A stretch of 64,000 nt of DNA. Origin: Octopus vulgaris (lineage: Eukaryota). Both the position numbers and the translations under genes were made by a program. Under the pieces are notes generated by a model that ran no database searches, was not told where the DNA came from, and saw only the letters and a program-made list of their open reading frames with translations. The stretch is from positions 4,464,001 to 4,528,000 of the forward strand of contig OX597825.1 of the NCBI GenBank assembly GCA_951406725.2, in the 5' to 3' direction. Shown in pieces: positions 14,430 through 26,127 of this stretch. Numbering within the stretch: the first letter of the stretch is position 1; every line of letters begins with the position of its first letter.

Positions 14430-15293
14430 ATAGTGTATGGCGTTGTTTTCGTCATCAACGTCATAGTTGTGCAGACCACATAAGCATAAAGTGATCAAAC
14501 CTCATACACAGTTTGCGTCGACTCATTTCATTTATCAAAAAAGTTTATCAAAGACATTTATCTAAAATATACTTCTATTTCATAAGCTATACGATACCAC
14601 TTCAGGAAGGATTTTGCTGCTGTTTTTAGCCAGTCGAGCGAAATGACACGTAAAGATACCTCTATTAGTTCATGCAAAAATATGTTTCGCATGAAGATGT
14701 TATGGTTATTTCTCTTAATATTATAATGATTAGATTATGTTCGATCGTGCTAAAGAACTAATTAGATTGGTTTAGATTATTATGATTTCGGAGAGGATGG
14801 CGTGATTGAATATTTAGAAATTGTTATTTGCGAAATGAACATTCTACATTGAATAATCATGTGTCATAATTAATGTTTGATACATCACGTTCCAAAATAT
14901 GAATATTGCGTAAGAAAGGCAAGTAAATGTTTGGCAGATCTGCTAGAAATAGAAGTTAATCTCTCTCAAATGTAAAAGTGTACCGTCTTGAAAAATGAAT
15001 ATCATTTTAGCACAAATATACAAAAATTTCTTTGAAGTCACAACGAGAAAGCGTTGACGAGGGATATTTTGGACTGAAGAAACAACAACAAAAACATCAA
15101 AAGAAATTAGGGTGTTTGAATGTGGTTATGTGTCTTGATTGAAATGGTAAGAAAACGATTCTTAAATTATAAGACAATGACTAGATTTTGTAAGGAATAT
15201 TAGTTTCCTTGAATGCAACGAACGTAGTGCCTCATGACAGTGACACATGCACACATACCTTGTTTGCTCTAACATTGATATTTAATCGTTACT

Positions 15294-15351
15294 TGTAGCA
15301 ATAAGTAGTAGTAGCAATAAGTAGTAGTAGCAATAAGTAGTAGCAATAAGA
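15294..15351. repeat. Short tandem repeat (~16-bp unit gtagcaataagtagta)
   Basis: About 3.5 copies visible directly. Confidence 0.85.
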
Positions 15352-15354
15352 ACA

Positions 15355-15530
15355 TTCATTTCTTACTTTAGTACAGCAAATTTGAGAGTTTTAGAATTCG
15401 ATTACATCGACCCAACTGCTCAACTGCTATTTATTTTATCGACCCTAAAATGATGCATGGTACAGCAGATCTCGGTGGAATTTAACGGCAGAACATAATG
15501 ATGGACGAAATGCTGAAATTCTGCCAAGGG
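15355..15530 (-). mobile_element. SINE family A copy (reverse)
   Basis: Reverse-complement match: tcgattacatcgaccc...tttatcgaccc...ctcggtggaattt...acgaaat. Confidence 0.65.
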
Positions 15531-15713
15531 CCACTTTGTGTTTCTTCTTTTCAGAGAGATAGAATAAGCGCCACATGGGAGCTATGGTTGATGTAATCGA
15601 CTTAGCTTATCTAAGAACAGGCTCGCCTTGTAACACACTTTGAAAACAATGTTTCTATATATATATGCAGCAGTACCTCGGATTTCGAACAAATCTGATC
15701 ACGAAAAACCGTG

Positions 15714-15751
<38 letters not shown>

Positions 15752-15789
15752 CATGAATTAATCGTGATCACAGGAGTTTATAAACCGAG

Positions 15790-15980
15790 GTACGATAGAT
15801 CGATAGCACCTACACGCTTTTTTTACTCTCCTTGTTTTTTTTTCTGTATATATTTCTGTCGAAGAGCGTAGGCTCGAAACGTAAAAGACTTTTTCTATTC
15901 CCAAGCGCTATACTAATACATTTGATTGTTTGTACCCTACCTGCCTTCGTTTTTTGTTTATTTTCGTAAACTTTCCCTTT
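15790..15980 (+). mobile_element. Short HHR-bearing repeat (probable PLE pseudo-LTR) between (TA)n tracts
   Basis: Similar to 34430-34605 over ~170 bp and contains the hammerhead motif at 15853-15886. Confidence 0.7.
15853..15886 (+). ncRNA. Minimal hammerhead motif with A6U core
   Basis: UUU CUGUCGA A GAGC-GUAG-GCUC GAA AC GU A AAA: helix I UUU/AAA, perfect 4-bp helix II, palindromic ACGU helix III, GUA triplet. Confidence 0.65.
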
Positions 15981-16066
15981 ATATATATATATATATATAT
16001 ATATTACGGAGACGTACTTGCATAGGAAGTGACTTGATCTGAGATCGTGTGCTGCAACGAAAACAA

Positions 16067-16307
16067 TTGCAGCGTGGAAGGTGTTTATAAGCCATTTAAT
16101 AACACACAAAAAAGCGTTAGATTCACTTCAGCCTGTTATTATTATGACAAAATTCCATGCTGCATCAGATGCATCACGGAATTTTGTCAGTGAAGAGGCG
16201 ACCTCAAAGTGACGAACATATTTTGGCAAATTAAATTTAAATGTTGAAGCGAATCCAACAGTTTTTGTGTGTTTTTAAATGGGTGATAAGCACCTTCCAC
16301 CCTGCAA
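16067..16307. mobile_element. Fold-back element: ~63-bp outer inverted arms plus an inner 22-bp-arm palindrome
   Basis: 16067-16130 is the reverse complement of ~16246-16307. Inner tgacaaaattccatgctgcatc-a-gatgcatcacggaattttgtca (16145-16189). Lies between (TA)n tracts. Confidence 0.8.
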
Positions 16308-16568
16308 ATATATATATATATATACATTTACAGGATTCAAGTAGGTATCAAACACAAAACGAGTAATTGCTTTTCGGATTAATAAATGCTGTGGAAATAT
16401 CAGGACTCATTTGATGTGAAGCGTCTTTAAACCTGTATGTGTAAATGAATGCACGATTTATGGATATTTTATTCTCCAAACAGTTACGTGCTTTCATTCG
16501 CATATTTTCACAAAATTACTATGTATATATACACACACACAAGTACATATATTAGCATGAACACGTGC

Positions 16569-16634
<66 letters not shown>

Positions 16635-17032
16635 TTATATGTATATACATACATGCATACATTTTTACATATGTACTATATGCATAAATTCATATACACA
16701 CACATATAATGAAAAACATATACACTAATTTTCATACATGAGTGTATGCTTGTGAGCGTTTGCTTGTGAGTGAGTGTGTGAGTGTGCGTTTGCATATGGA
16801 TACTATTTCATGGAGATACAATTTTGTATAGCTGCAAACTCATGTACATGCAAGCAAACACACATGCATATGTACGGATGTATGTATGTATGTATGTATA
16901 TATGCGTGTGAGTGAATATATATGGCGTTACATGTGTGCTCACGTATATATCCATAAAATATACATATTCTATGAATGTATGTACAAAGACAGATATATG
17001 TCCACCTCTCTCTGTCTCTCTAAATGTGAGCG

Positions 17033-17065
<33 letters not shown>

Positions 17066-17082
17066 ATATATATATGTATATA

Positions 17083-17114
<32 letters not shown>

Positions 17115-17134
17115 CATATATGTGTGTGTATATG

Positions 17135-17217
<83 letters not shown>

Positions 17218-17979
17218 CTCCTGTGTATCATATTCTTAGTCATTTAATTACTCATGCGAATATATCTGCATCGCTGGATGTAAGTGCAAACCCACATTGG
17301 GATACGCGTGTGTGTGCATTAGTGTATGTATAATACGCCGCTCATAGAAACGGCGTGGACATTTCTAAAAGTGTTAACTTTCGTTATGTCAAAAGGGAAC
17401 TCTTGGCGGATTCGTGATAGGTTGAAGTTTGAACTAGAACTGAAGAAATAACAACAAAATGCTTCAGAAAAAGATATCGATATTTAAAATTTTGTTGTTG
17501 TTGATTTTTTTCTTACAGTTTTTTTTTAATATTTTATATAAATAAATGCGAGGACATAAATATTAGAGGAAAGAACACTGTGGAAGCGAAATAGATCAAA
17601 TGGAAATATGTACCTCACTGAGCTGGAAAGAGCACCAGTGCATTACTTTGCAATGTAGTTGAATTCTTGCTAGGTGAAATTATTCACACATATTTCATGT
17701 TCCCCACATTTTAAATATTTTATAAGCATACAGTTATTTACACAAATATATACATATACACTACACCTATACTCAGAAGTATCTCTACCGTTGTCTATAG
17801 ACATACGTTTTCCCTATATCTATATGTACGTATGCGTGCCAGTGTAGGCGGTGTACGTGTGTCTGTGTGTCATAATAGTACATACATATATCATTGTATT
17901 ACACACTATACATTTATACATTTACATTTATTTACATATTCATATATACATGTATATATGCTGTTTACCTAACACGTGC

Positions 17980-18080
<101 letters not shown>

Positions 18081-18629
18081 TTATATATATGTACATATAT
18101 ATATATTACATATGTGTGTGTATGTATGGATGTATGTATACATATATACACATAAATATGGCGTATGTCTTTTGTAAGCATCACATAAAATATTAATAGT
18201 CCTGTTGTTATGTTCCAATAAACAGCAGTACGCTGCACTGAATAAATTTGCAAAATACCCCCATATATTTTATTGTTAGGTCTCTGGAAAAGAACGAAAT
18301 GATTATTGAGACTCACGTCAATTAACCATTTTGGTGACAGATATATTTGCACGAGTATTTCAGAACATTTGATGAATTCTTCATAGTTGGACAATTGGGA
18401 GACGCTAAGTGTTAGAAAAACAAAAGCATGTATGTTGTTACTTTAATCTGAAAGCATATATATGGATTTAAATAAATATTTATGGAATTGGGTTATGTTC
18501 ATTAGAATTTCTCCATGGGTTCTTGTTGCCATAAATTATTTATTCATGCATTTGCAGAAATGTGAGCGAATGTATTCAAATCTGTCTTAGTATTACAGTT
18601 TTATATATGTGTGTATAAATATTTTATTT

Positions 18630-18845
18630 TCAGTCAGATAGTGGACACGGCGAAGCTGAGATACTACCTCGACACTTTCAGTTTTCAGTCGAACAAATCG
18701 GCTCCACTGATTATTTAAAAGTCTAATTATTTAGACTTTGGTATTTATTTTATCGATAACACTTTTCAAATCGCTAAGTTACGAGATGTAATCTTACATC
18801 ATTGCTTGTCAAGCCGTGGTGGAGGATAAACACAAGAATAAACAC
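18630..18845 (-). mobile_element. SINE family B 3' half (degenerate)
   Basis: ttcagtc...tcgaacaaatcg...cgctaagttacg...gtcaagc matches the reverse of the family B 3' half. Confidence 0.6.
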
Positions 18846-19945
18846 ACATACATCTAAATATATCCATAGATATATATGTGAAAAGGATGTGATATAACAC
18901 TATTCCACATGTTCAAAAACAGCTATACCAATAATTCAACATACCTCCATCATCAGCATTTGTTGTCGAGGTATATTAATTTAAATTGCTCTGAAATCCT
19001 GTTTGCACGTTATAAAGAAATGTTAATGTCTACGTTTAAAAGTCATAAATGTATCCACTCTATACCGAGGTAACTGATTATCTGGGAAAAAAAGACCATA
19101 TGTTGTGTCGTACTTTTTCCACAGGTATTTCATCAACAATCGAAACATGGAAGACTTAGGTTCAAATTTCATTTAAATGCGAATAAAACTAATTACAGTA
19201 AACTCCTTACTATTCCACACCAAAGTGACTGGATGATTGCGGGTAACTTAAATGTCTGGACATCTATTCATCGCACATAATTTGACCATAGCACATCTCA
19301 AAAGTCATTAAATGCCTGTATAGGCATCAATACTATAATTTATATTCTAAGTACAGAAGAAACAAGAGAAATGGGAAGAGATAAATGTATATTTGAAGGA
19401 AAGTAAAAGTTTTAGCGATCTAATAAAAACATAGCCATTGTATATGTAGGAAAATATATCATAATACTGACTTTAAGAAGCAACGATTCTTTTTCGTTAA
19501 AGTTTTTCTTTTCTTTCAGTTAAAACTAATGAACATATATTTGCACAAATTCCATTGACTTAACAAATAAATCATTTTCTTTACGGATTTGTTTTTCAAA
19601 ATAATGGTTGTTTGAGAGAGCTGGTTATTTGATTTCCGGACGAAGGGGTGTTTACTGCAATTCTGCAATTTCAGTTGTGTCGCTTTGCATTTTCTACCAC
19701 GACCCTTATTGGATACCAGAGAGCGTGTAACTTTTAATACACACACACCCCTAGTGACTTCGAGACTTCAACATGAAGCGTCCTATTATATACTCGTTAT
19801 ATTCTAGTTAAACAAATCACGAAACCAGATGACGAAAGACATATAGAGAAAGACGACGGTGAAATGATGACAGATCGAGATACAGTCAATAGAAGATAAC
19901 AACGGTCTAGATTTATTGCATCAAAGAACATTATAAGATTTATCA

Positions 19946-20110
19946 ATGTTTGCCAAAATTTCTCGATGTTTGCCAAACTTTGTCTGTGTTTGCGAAATGT
20001 GTCAATGTTTGTTTATTTTACGCGAAGTTGTCGATATTTGCGGAATTTGTCGATGGCTGTCGAAGTTTGTCGATGTTTGTCGACGTTTGTCGACGTTTGT
20101 CGACATTTGT
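19946..20110. repeat. 11-bp tandem repeat array (tttgtcgacgt-like)
   Basis: Repeated ttgtcga[c/t/a]gt units in register from ~20027, degenerating upstream. Confidence 0.85.
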
Positions 20111-20335
20111 TTTGTGAAGCAAAATATAATATAAGCAAATTAATTTTCATTTGCAATCGAAAATCATTGGCTAACAAAGTTTCATTTATTTTCATAGGTA
20201 AATGGATGCTTTGAATATAGTTTCCCTGACCAGACCCAATGAACTTATTAAATTATGTTTACGATTCGATATAAAATAATCATAACCCGTAGTATTATAC
20301 TTCCCACCACATCTTTCCCTCGCCATTTCTCTCGT

Positions 20336-20391
<56 letters not shown>

Positions 20392-20531
20392 CTACACATT
20401 GACCCGGAGTTTCTACCTTTGAATAGGTCGCTTCATCCGTGTTACTTGCGTGAATTTTGCTACCTTGATAACTGTTTATTGAATTTTCCATGTTATCGAT
20501 TAACGAAGCATAATTCATTCATCCATTTATA

Positions 20532-20614
<83 letters not shown>

Positions 20615-20830
20615 GTATATATTTGCGTGCGGTGTATGTTGTGCGTACTCTCACACTCCCTCAATTGTATACACATACATACACACTCACACACGTACAC
20701 ACATACAAATATCCATCCCCAGCCACAGCTGGTTCTCTATCCTAGCATTCTTATGATCTCTTAAACTAAAATGAGCACAACACCCCCCTTATATATAAGG
20801 ATAAATGATCATACACTCACGTACATCCCA

Positions 20831-20878
<48 letters not shown>

Positions 20879-20882
20879 AGAA

Positions 20883-21109
20883 AGGCGGCGAGCTGGCAGA
20901 AACTTTAGCACACCGGGCAAAATGATTAGCGGTATTTCGTCTGTCGTTACGTTCCGAGTTCAAATTCCGCCGAGGTCGACTTTGCCTTTCATCCTTTCGG
21001 GGTCGATAAATTAAGTACCAGTTACGCACTGGGGTCGATGTAATCGACTTAATCCCTTTGTCTGTCCTTGTTTGTCCCCTCTGTGTTTAGCCCCTTGTGG
21101 GCAGTAAAG

Positions 21110-21113
<4 letters not shown>
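20883..21113 (+). mobile_element. tRNA-derived SINE family A, best-preserved full-length copy
   Basis: Head ggcggcgagctggcagaa (A-box-like) and B-box-like gagttcaaattcc. Multiple homologous copies in the window; flanked by (TA)n. Confidence 0.9.
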
Positions 21114-21169
<56 letters not shown>

Positions 21170-21298
21170 GTGTCATTGAGACCCAAAGGTGTCAGTTAAT
21201 GCTGAATAAGTGCTATAGACAGAACATAGTTAAGTTCCAGATTCGGCAATATTGCGAATAAAGGGTTCAACTTTGGTTCTATGTCAGCGTGTGTATAT

Positions 21299-21410
21299 TA
21301 TAAGGATTTTTTGTGTAATGAGATAAAAAAACCAAGGCTGTATAGATATTAAATGTTCTAATATCTATACATCCTTGGTTTTTTATCTCACTACGCCAAA
21401 CATTCTTATA
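21299..21410. repeat. Inverted repeat, ~52-bp arms, ~7-nt spacer
   Basis: tgagataaaaaaaccaaggctgtatagatatta / taatatctatacatccttggttttttatctca with further imperfect outer pairing. Confidence 0.85.
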
Positions 21411-21416
21411 CATCTA

Positions 21417-21473
<57 letters not shown>

Positions 21474-21524
21474 AACTTTTTAAAAAAACTTTTCTTCTAA
21501 TTTTTCTAAATTTAATTATTTAAT

Positions 21525-21572
21525 CGTTACAGTTGAAAAGGTCTCAAAATGACCGAAACCGGTACTGAAACG
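21525..21572 (+). ncRNA. Minimal type I hammerhead with compensatory U3-A8 core
   Basis: CGUUACAG UUGAAAA GGUC-UCAAAAU-GACC GAA AC-CG-GU A CUGAAACG: helix I 7/8 bp, helix II 4 bp, palindromic ACCGGU; predicted cleavage after GUA at 21564. Confidence 0.8.
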
Positions 21573-21616
21573 TTCACTATAAAATTATTTTAGCATTTTC
21601 TATTTTTTACTTGTTT

Positions 21617-21702
<86 letters not shown>

Positions 21703-21722
21703 GAGAGAGAGAGAGAGATAAG

Positions 21723-21758
<36 letters not shown>

Positions 21759-21786
21759 TTATCTTTATCAATATACATACATATGT

Positions 21787-22140
21787 CTTTTTCTTGTTTC
21801 AGACATTGGACTTCAAGCGTCCTGGATGGATTTCAGTCGAACATATGTATTCAGTACTCATTTTGTATGACTAGGACTTCTGTTAGTTCCTGTTGCCGAA
21901 CTGCTAGGTAACAGGGCCGTAAAGGAACGTGCTTATGACGACACACAAATACACGCATACATCCACACACATACATACAAACAAACACACGCATATAGAC
22001 ACATATATATACATATTTACATGTACATCACAGGCTCCCACACAGTTCTCGTCAACCAAATACCTCCGGGAGGCATTGGTACGTTCGGGGCCATAATTGC
22101 AGACTCTTGCCAAAATGCGCGAAATGAGATTGCCTTCCAA
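21787..22140 (-). mobile_element. SINE family B (reverse, degenerate, internal CA/TA repeat)
   Basis: cttgtttcag...gtcgaac...gccgaactgctaggtaac...caggct...caaccaaat...gactcttgccaaa matches the reverse of 59392-59840. Confidence 0.7.
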
Positions 22141-22379
22141 AGTACATAATTGCAAACTACCATGTGTTCACCGATTTTTTAATTCAAGTTTTCGTACTGC
22201 TTATAGAAGTGTACCTTTTCAATCACACGATGACTTAAATAGGGCCTCAAGTCAATACAACATTTGGTTAATTAGTGCACATTGTTCGGTTCGATTTACA
22301 TGATTTGAGTGATAAAATAGTGACATGAGGTAAATATATATAAATTACCAATTCATTTGTAAAGACAGTCTAAAGTAAT

Positions 22380-22870
22380 CAGCAAGATGGTGGCCCTTTG
22401 TAGTTTACAGCCGTCAAATGTAATGTTACTAATAGCAGAACGTTTTCTCCATTGGCGTGATATCCGGTGCAGTGTTGCTAGTCTTCGGTGCACAATGCAT
22501 GCCATGCGTTGTGCAATTGCCACCGGGCGCACGGGCGAGTGGTTAATTAAGCCGACTTGTGTTCAAAGAAACCAATATAATTTTGGACAAGTTTCTACAG
22601 ACTAGTGGAACCAAAGCTTACGATTGAAATTCACAGACAGATACAACTTGGGAATGCCACTGGATTACCTATAATGGAGTTCAAAGGATCGTCCTTGTTA
22701 TAGTGTGAAGTTGATTCCGGTGTAACTTTAGCCGAATTTTACTCGTGTAGGAGATATATCGAGCAACGAATCCATTCATTAATGTCAAAAAGTGACCGGA
22801 AAGATACATCGTTGAAAACGACGGAACATCTTTGACGATACTTTTATTGAAAAAGTGGTTTTGTTTGGGA
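22380..22870 (+). mobile_element. Mariner-family transposase N-terminal relic
   Basis: Frameshifted fragments DKFLQTSGTK / IEIHRQIQLGNA / DTSLK / DTFIEKV resemble the mariner HTH region (xKFLxxxGxKxxEIHRQL...TSLxDxxRSGRP...NIEKV). Confidence 0.55.
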
Positions 22871-22925
22871 AATACGTATATTTACATAGCTCTATGCATC
22901 CATTAAATGATGAATATTGGTATAC

Positions 22926-23130
22926 AGCGGCGAGTTGGCAGAAGCGCTAGTGCACCGGTCGAAATCCTTAGCGGTATTTTATGTCCTGAGTTCAAATTCC
23001 ACTGAAGTCGACTTTGCCATTCATCCTTTCGGGTCCGATAAATTAAATATCAGTTGCGTACTGGGATGGCTCTAATCGACAGGGACCCCTCCCTAAACAA
23101 TTCGGGCCTTGTGCCAAAAGTAGAAAAGAA
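22926..23130 (+). mobile_element. SINE family A copy
   Basis: gcggcgagttggcagaa...gagttcaaattcc...gtcgactttgcc matches 20883-21113. Confidence 0.85.
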
Positions 23131-23150
23131 CATTGGTATGAGTGTATGCG

Positions 23151-23204
<54 letters not shown>

Positions 23205-24475
23205 TATATGCATATTTGTACTTAAATACGTATATATTTATATATGTAGAGATATACGTATACACATGGCAGTCTGCGATGCATAAATGTGTATATTTGT
23301 GTGTCGAGGTGCATGAGTATGTGTGCAGAGAATCTGTGGATGTTTGCTATTTAAAACACGATTATGCTCCAGTTTTAAAAGTGCTTATAGTTTTATTTTT
23401 TCTTTCATATCCCCTTATTAGTCCTTTATCTTCTGTTTTGAACAATAAATTTTCCATATTCATGGACGGTTCAAGTTTTTAACAGTTTTATCTTTCTTGG
23501 AGAAATGATTTAATGGCGGTTGTTTTATGTTTATTTTGCGTGTTTTGTTTTGTTTTTTTTGTTGTTTTTCTTTTTCTTTATGTGCCTTGAGAATTATGCG
23601 AGCACTTTTCTATTTGTTACTCATTTGCTATTACCAGACTTTATGAATTTTCTGGCCGTTGACGCCATATTTCTTTCAGCTGTCAGGAAACAGCTTAGCC
23701 ATTGTGTCTGCGTTTTAGTTTGTGACTAGGATGCGCTATTTGTGTGCTGTGTTTTGCTTTATATTTTATTCTTAATACGATTTCTATGAGTAATCTACGA
23801 AGGCTGTGCAATAATATCTTTTGTGTTTTTTTTTAATTTGTTAGTTTGCTTCTAATTACGTTTTATTTTACTGTTGTATGGCGATAAAGTATTCTGCATT
23901 TTCTCTCGTTGGAATCCATAGTGAAATGATTATAATATGTGACACATTCCAGTCTACGGAATGAGTTATATCTTCATTGCTTTTATATTCGTGGCATGCT
24001 CGATGTATGTCTAATTTATCGAATTTACATCCGCTGTATGTGTTTGAAGAATTTGTTATGAGATCAACGCATGTTCAATATATGCCTAATGAATTCTGTG
24101 TCAAAACTCTATCCAATTCACGGTGACATATGGCAAGATTACAATAATGAGTCCATGGTTTGTAAAATGTGTATCTGTTGTTTTTATGTGTTCAATGTAC
24201 AGTCATTGAGTTCTGCGTCCAATATAGTAGCAGTGTAACACACACACACACGTAGACGAATACAAAATTGTAATTACATCGAGCTTCCTCACATTTTCCC
24301 TCGGCAAATTTACTCAAAAAGTACTGCTGGTTTGGAGCTTTACTAGAAATCACTTGTCGAAAGAGCCGTACCGGAAGACCGATCCTGGAACCATGGGTTT
24401 GCGAAGTGAACTTTTTTAAACAAGCAGCTATGTCTGTTACTCCGATGAATATATTTCAATATATGTTCAATATAT

Positions 24476-24768
24476 GGCTCTGACTGGTAGGGTCGTTAGC
24501 AGGCCGGGTAGAATACTTGTCTGGTTTTGCGCATTTTGTCTGGTTTTGCGTTCCGAGTTGAAATTCTGCCGAGATCGATTTTGCCTTTCATCCTTTCGTG
24601 GTCGATAAATAAAGTACCACGTAATCATTGCTATCGATGTAATCGGTTTAAATTCTCATCCGAATTTGCTGGTTCGTTGCCATAGTTTGAAAACAATGTC
24701 TGTTCAATATATATTTCTTTACTACCCAAAAGGGGCTAAATACAGAGGAGACAAACGAGGACAGACAA
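24476..24768 (+). mobile_element. SINE family A copy followed by an inverted family A tail fragment
   Basis: Body match 24476-24695 with an internal duplication of tgtctggttttgcg. 24711-24768 is the reverse complement of the tail at 21059-21113. Confidence 0.75.
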
Positions 24769-25188
24769 TATAATATATATCTAATATACGTCAAATGTTT
24801 AATCCATTGCGTGTATAATACATGATCCCTGTAAGCCCACGTTTGCAAAATGTACAGTAAATATAAACCTGACACATCCAGCATACCTGAGTGTCCAATA
24901 TATATCCATTATATTATATGTCAATGCTTCACACATCTTATATATCCCCAATATATCTCCAAACTATCTGATAGAGCTTTCTATATACATCAGTTTCATA
25001 TATCCTACGTATATATAATACGTCTCAAATATCTGATTTAGCCTTATTAGCCTCCATGTTTACAAGAGAATTTGTAAATAACATTTTTCTTACAAACTTA
25101 ACGTTAGTTGTTTACGATATTTTAAAGTCTTATATTTCTTTCTGTATCTATTTTTGTTTATTTTCATTTATTATTAATTTCACGTTTT

Positions 25189-25264
<76 letters not shown>

Positions 25265-26006
25265 CATCATCATTATTGTTATTGTTGTTGTTATTTTTGT
25301 AATATATTTCCAGTGAAGAATTATGACCAGTTTTATAGCTTGTCTTGCACTATGTTATAATTTAGCATGTGTCAACGGAATTCTGGAAGGATTTAGTTTT
25401 ATATAGTTTAACTATTTTGTTTCTTTACTTTTAACATTACTGGTTTTTCATATGTAATAATGATCGATATATTTCTATATTTCCGTACAACACTTTAGTA
25501 TTGTAATATGTTATTCACTTGTGGCAGTTTTATGGTGTTAATAGGGATATTATTGATTTTTTTGACGAAGCTTAAAACGTCTTTTTCAATATAAAACTTT
25601 AGTCGCTTTTACCGTTTTTGTTAACTCCTGGAATGTCTGAGTTAACAGTGCAAAGATCGATAGTATTCTTTTAGTGACCTTCTTTTTTTTAGCGGTATCT
25701 ATGTCTGTATTGCTGATTGACGTATCCTCTTCAATTTTACAACGTTAGGGGATATAATTAGGGGGTATACGCTTCCTGTTTCTAGCCGGTGCACCCATGG
25801 CACCGAAATGTCTTTGGTATTTTATTACGTTTGGTGACTTGCTTGTTACTGTGATATATAACATTACATTATATATTTACATATGTTATACGTGTAGACA
25901 AGATTGTAATTCCATAGCTATATATTTCGACTATATTCATTACTTTTATATATTATTTTATCACCCTCAACACATTTATACAAACACAGGCACGTGCATA
26001 CGCACT

Positions 26007-26045
<39 letters not shown>

Positions 26046-26080
26046 GAAGAGATACACTCTTACAAGCATACATATGCATG

Positions 26081-26127
<47 letters not shown>

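Noticed and set aside
19946-20110. CRISPR-like periodicity (also 61220-61367)
   Set aside because: No unique spacers or cas genes, and the context is eukaryotic.
25788-25818. GGUGC/GCACC hairpin followed by GAAAUGUC
   Set aside because: No CUGANGA-like 5' core.
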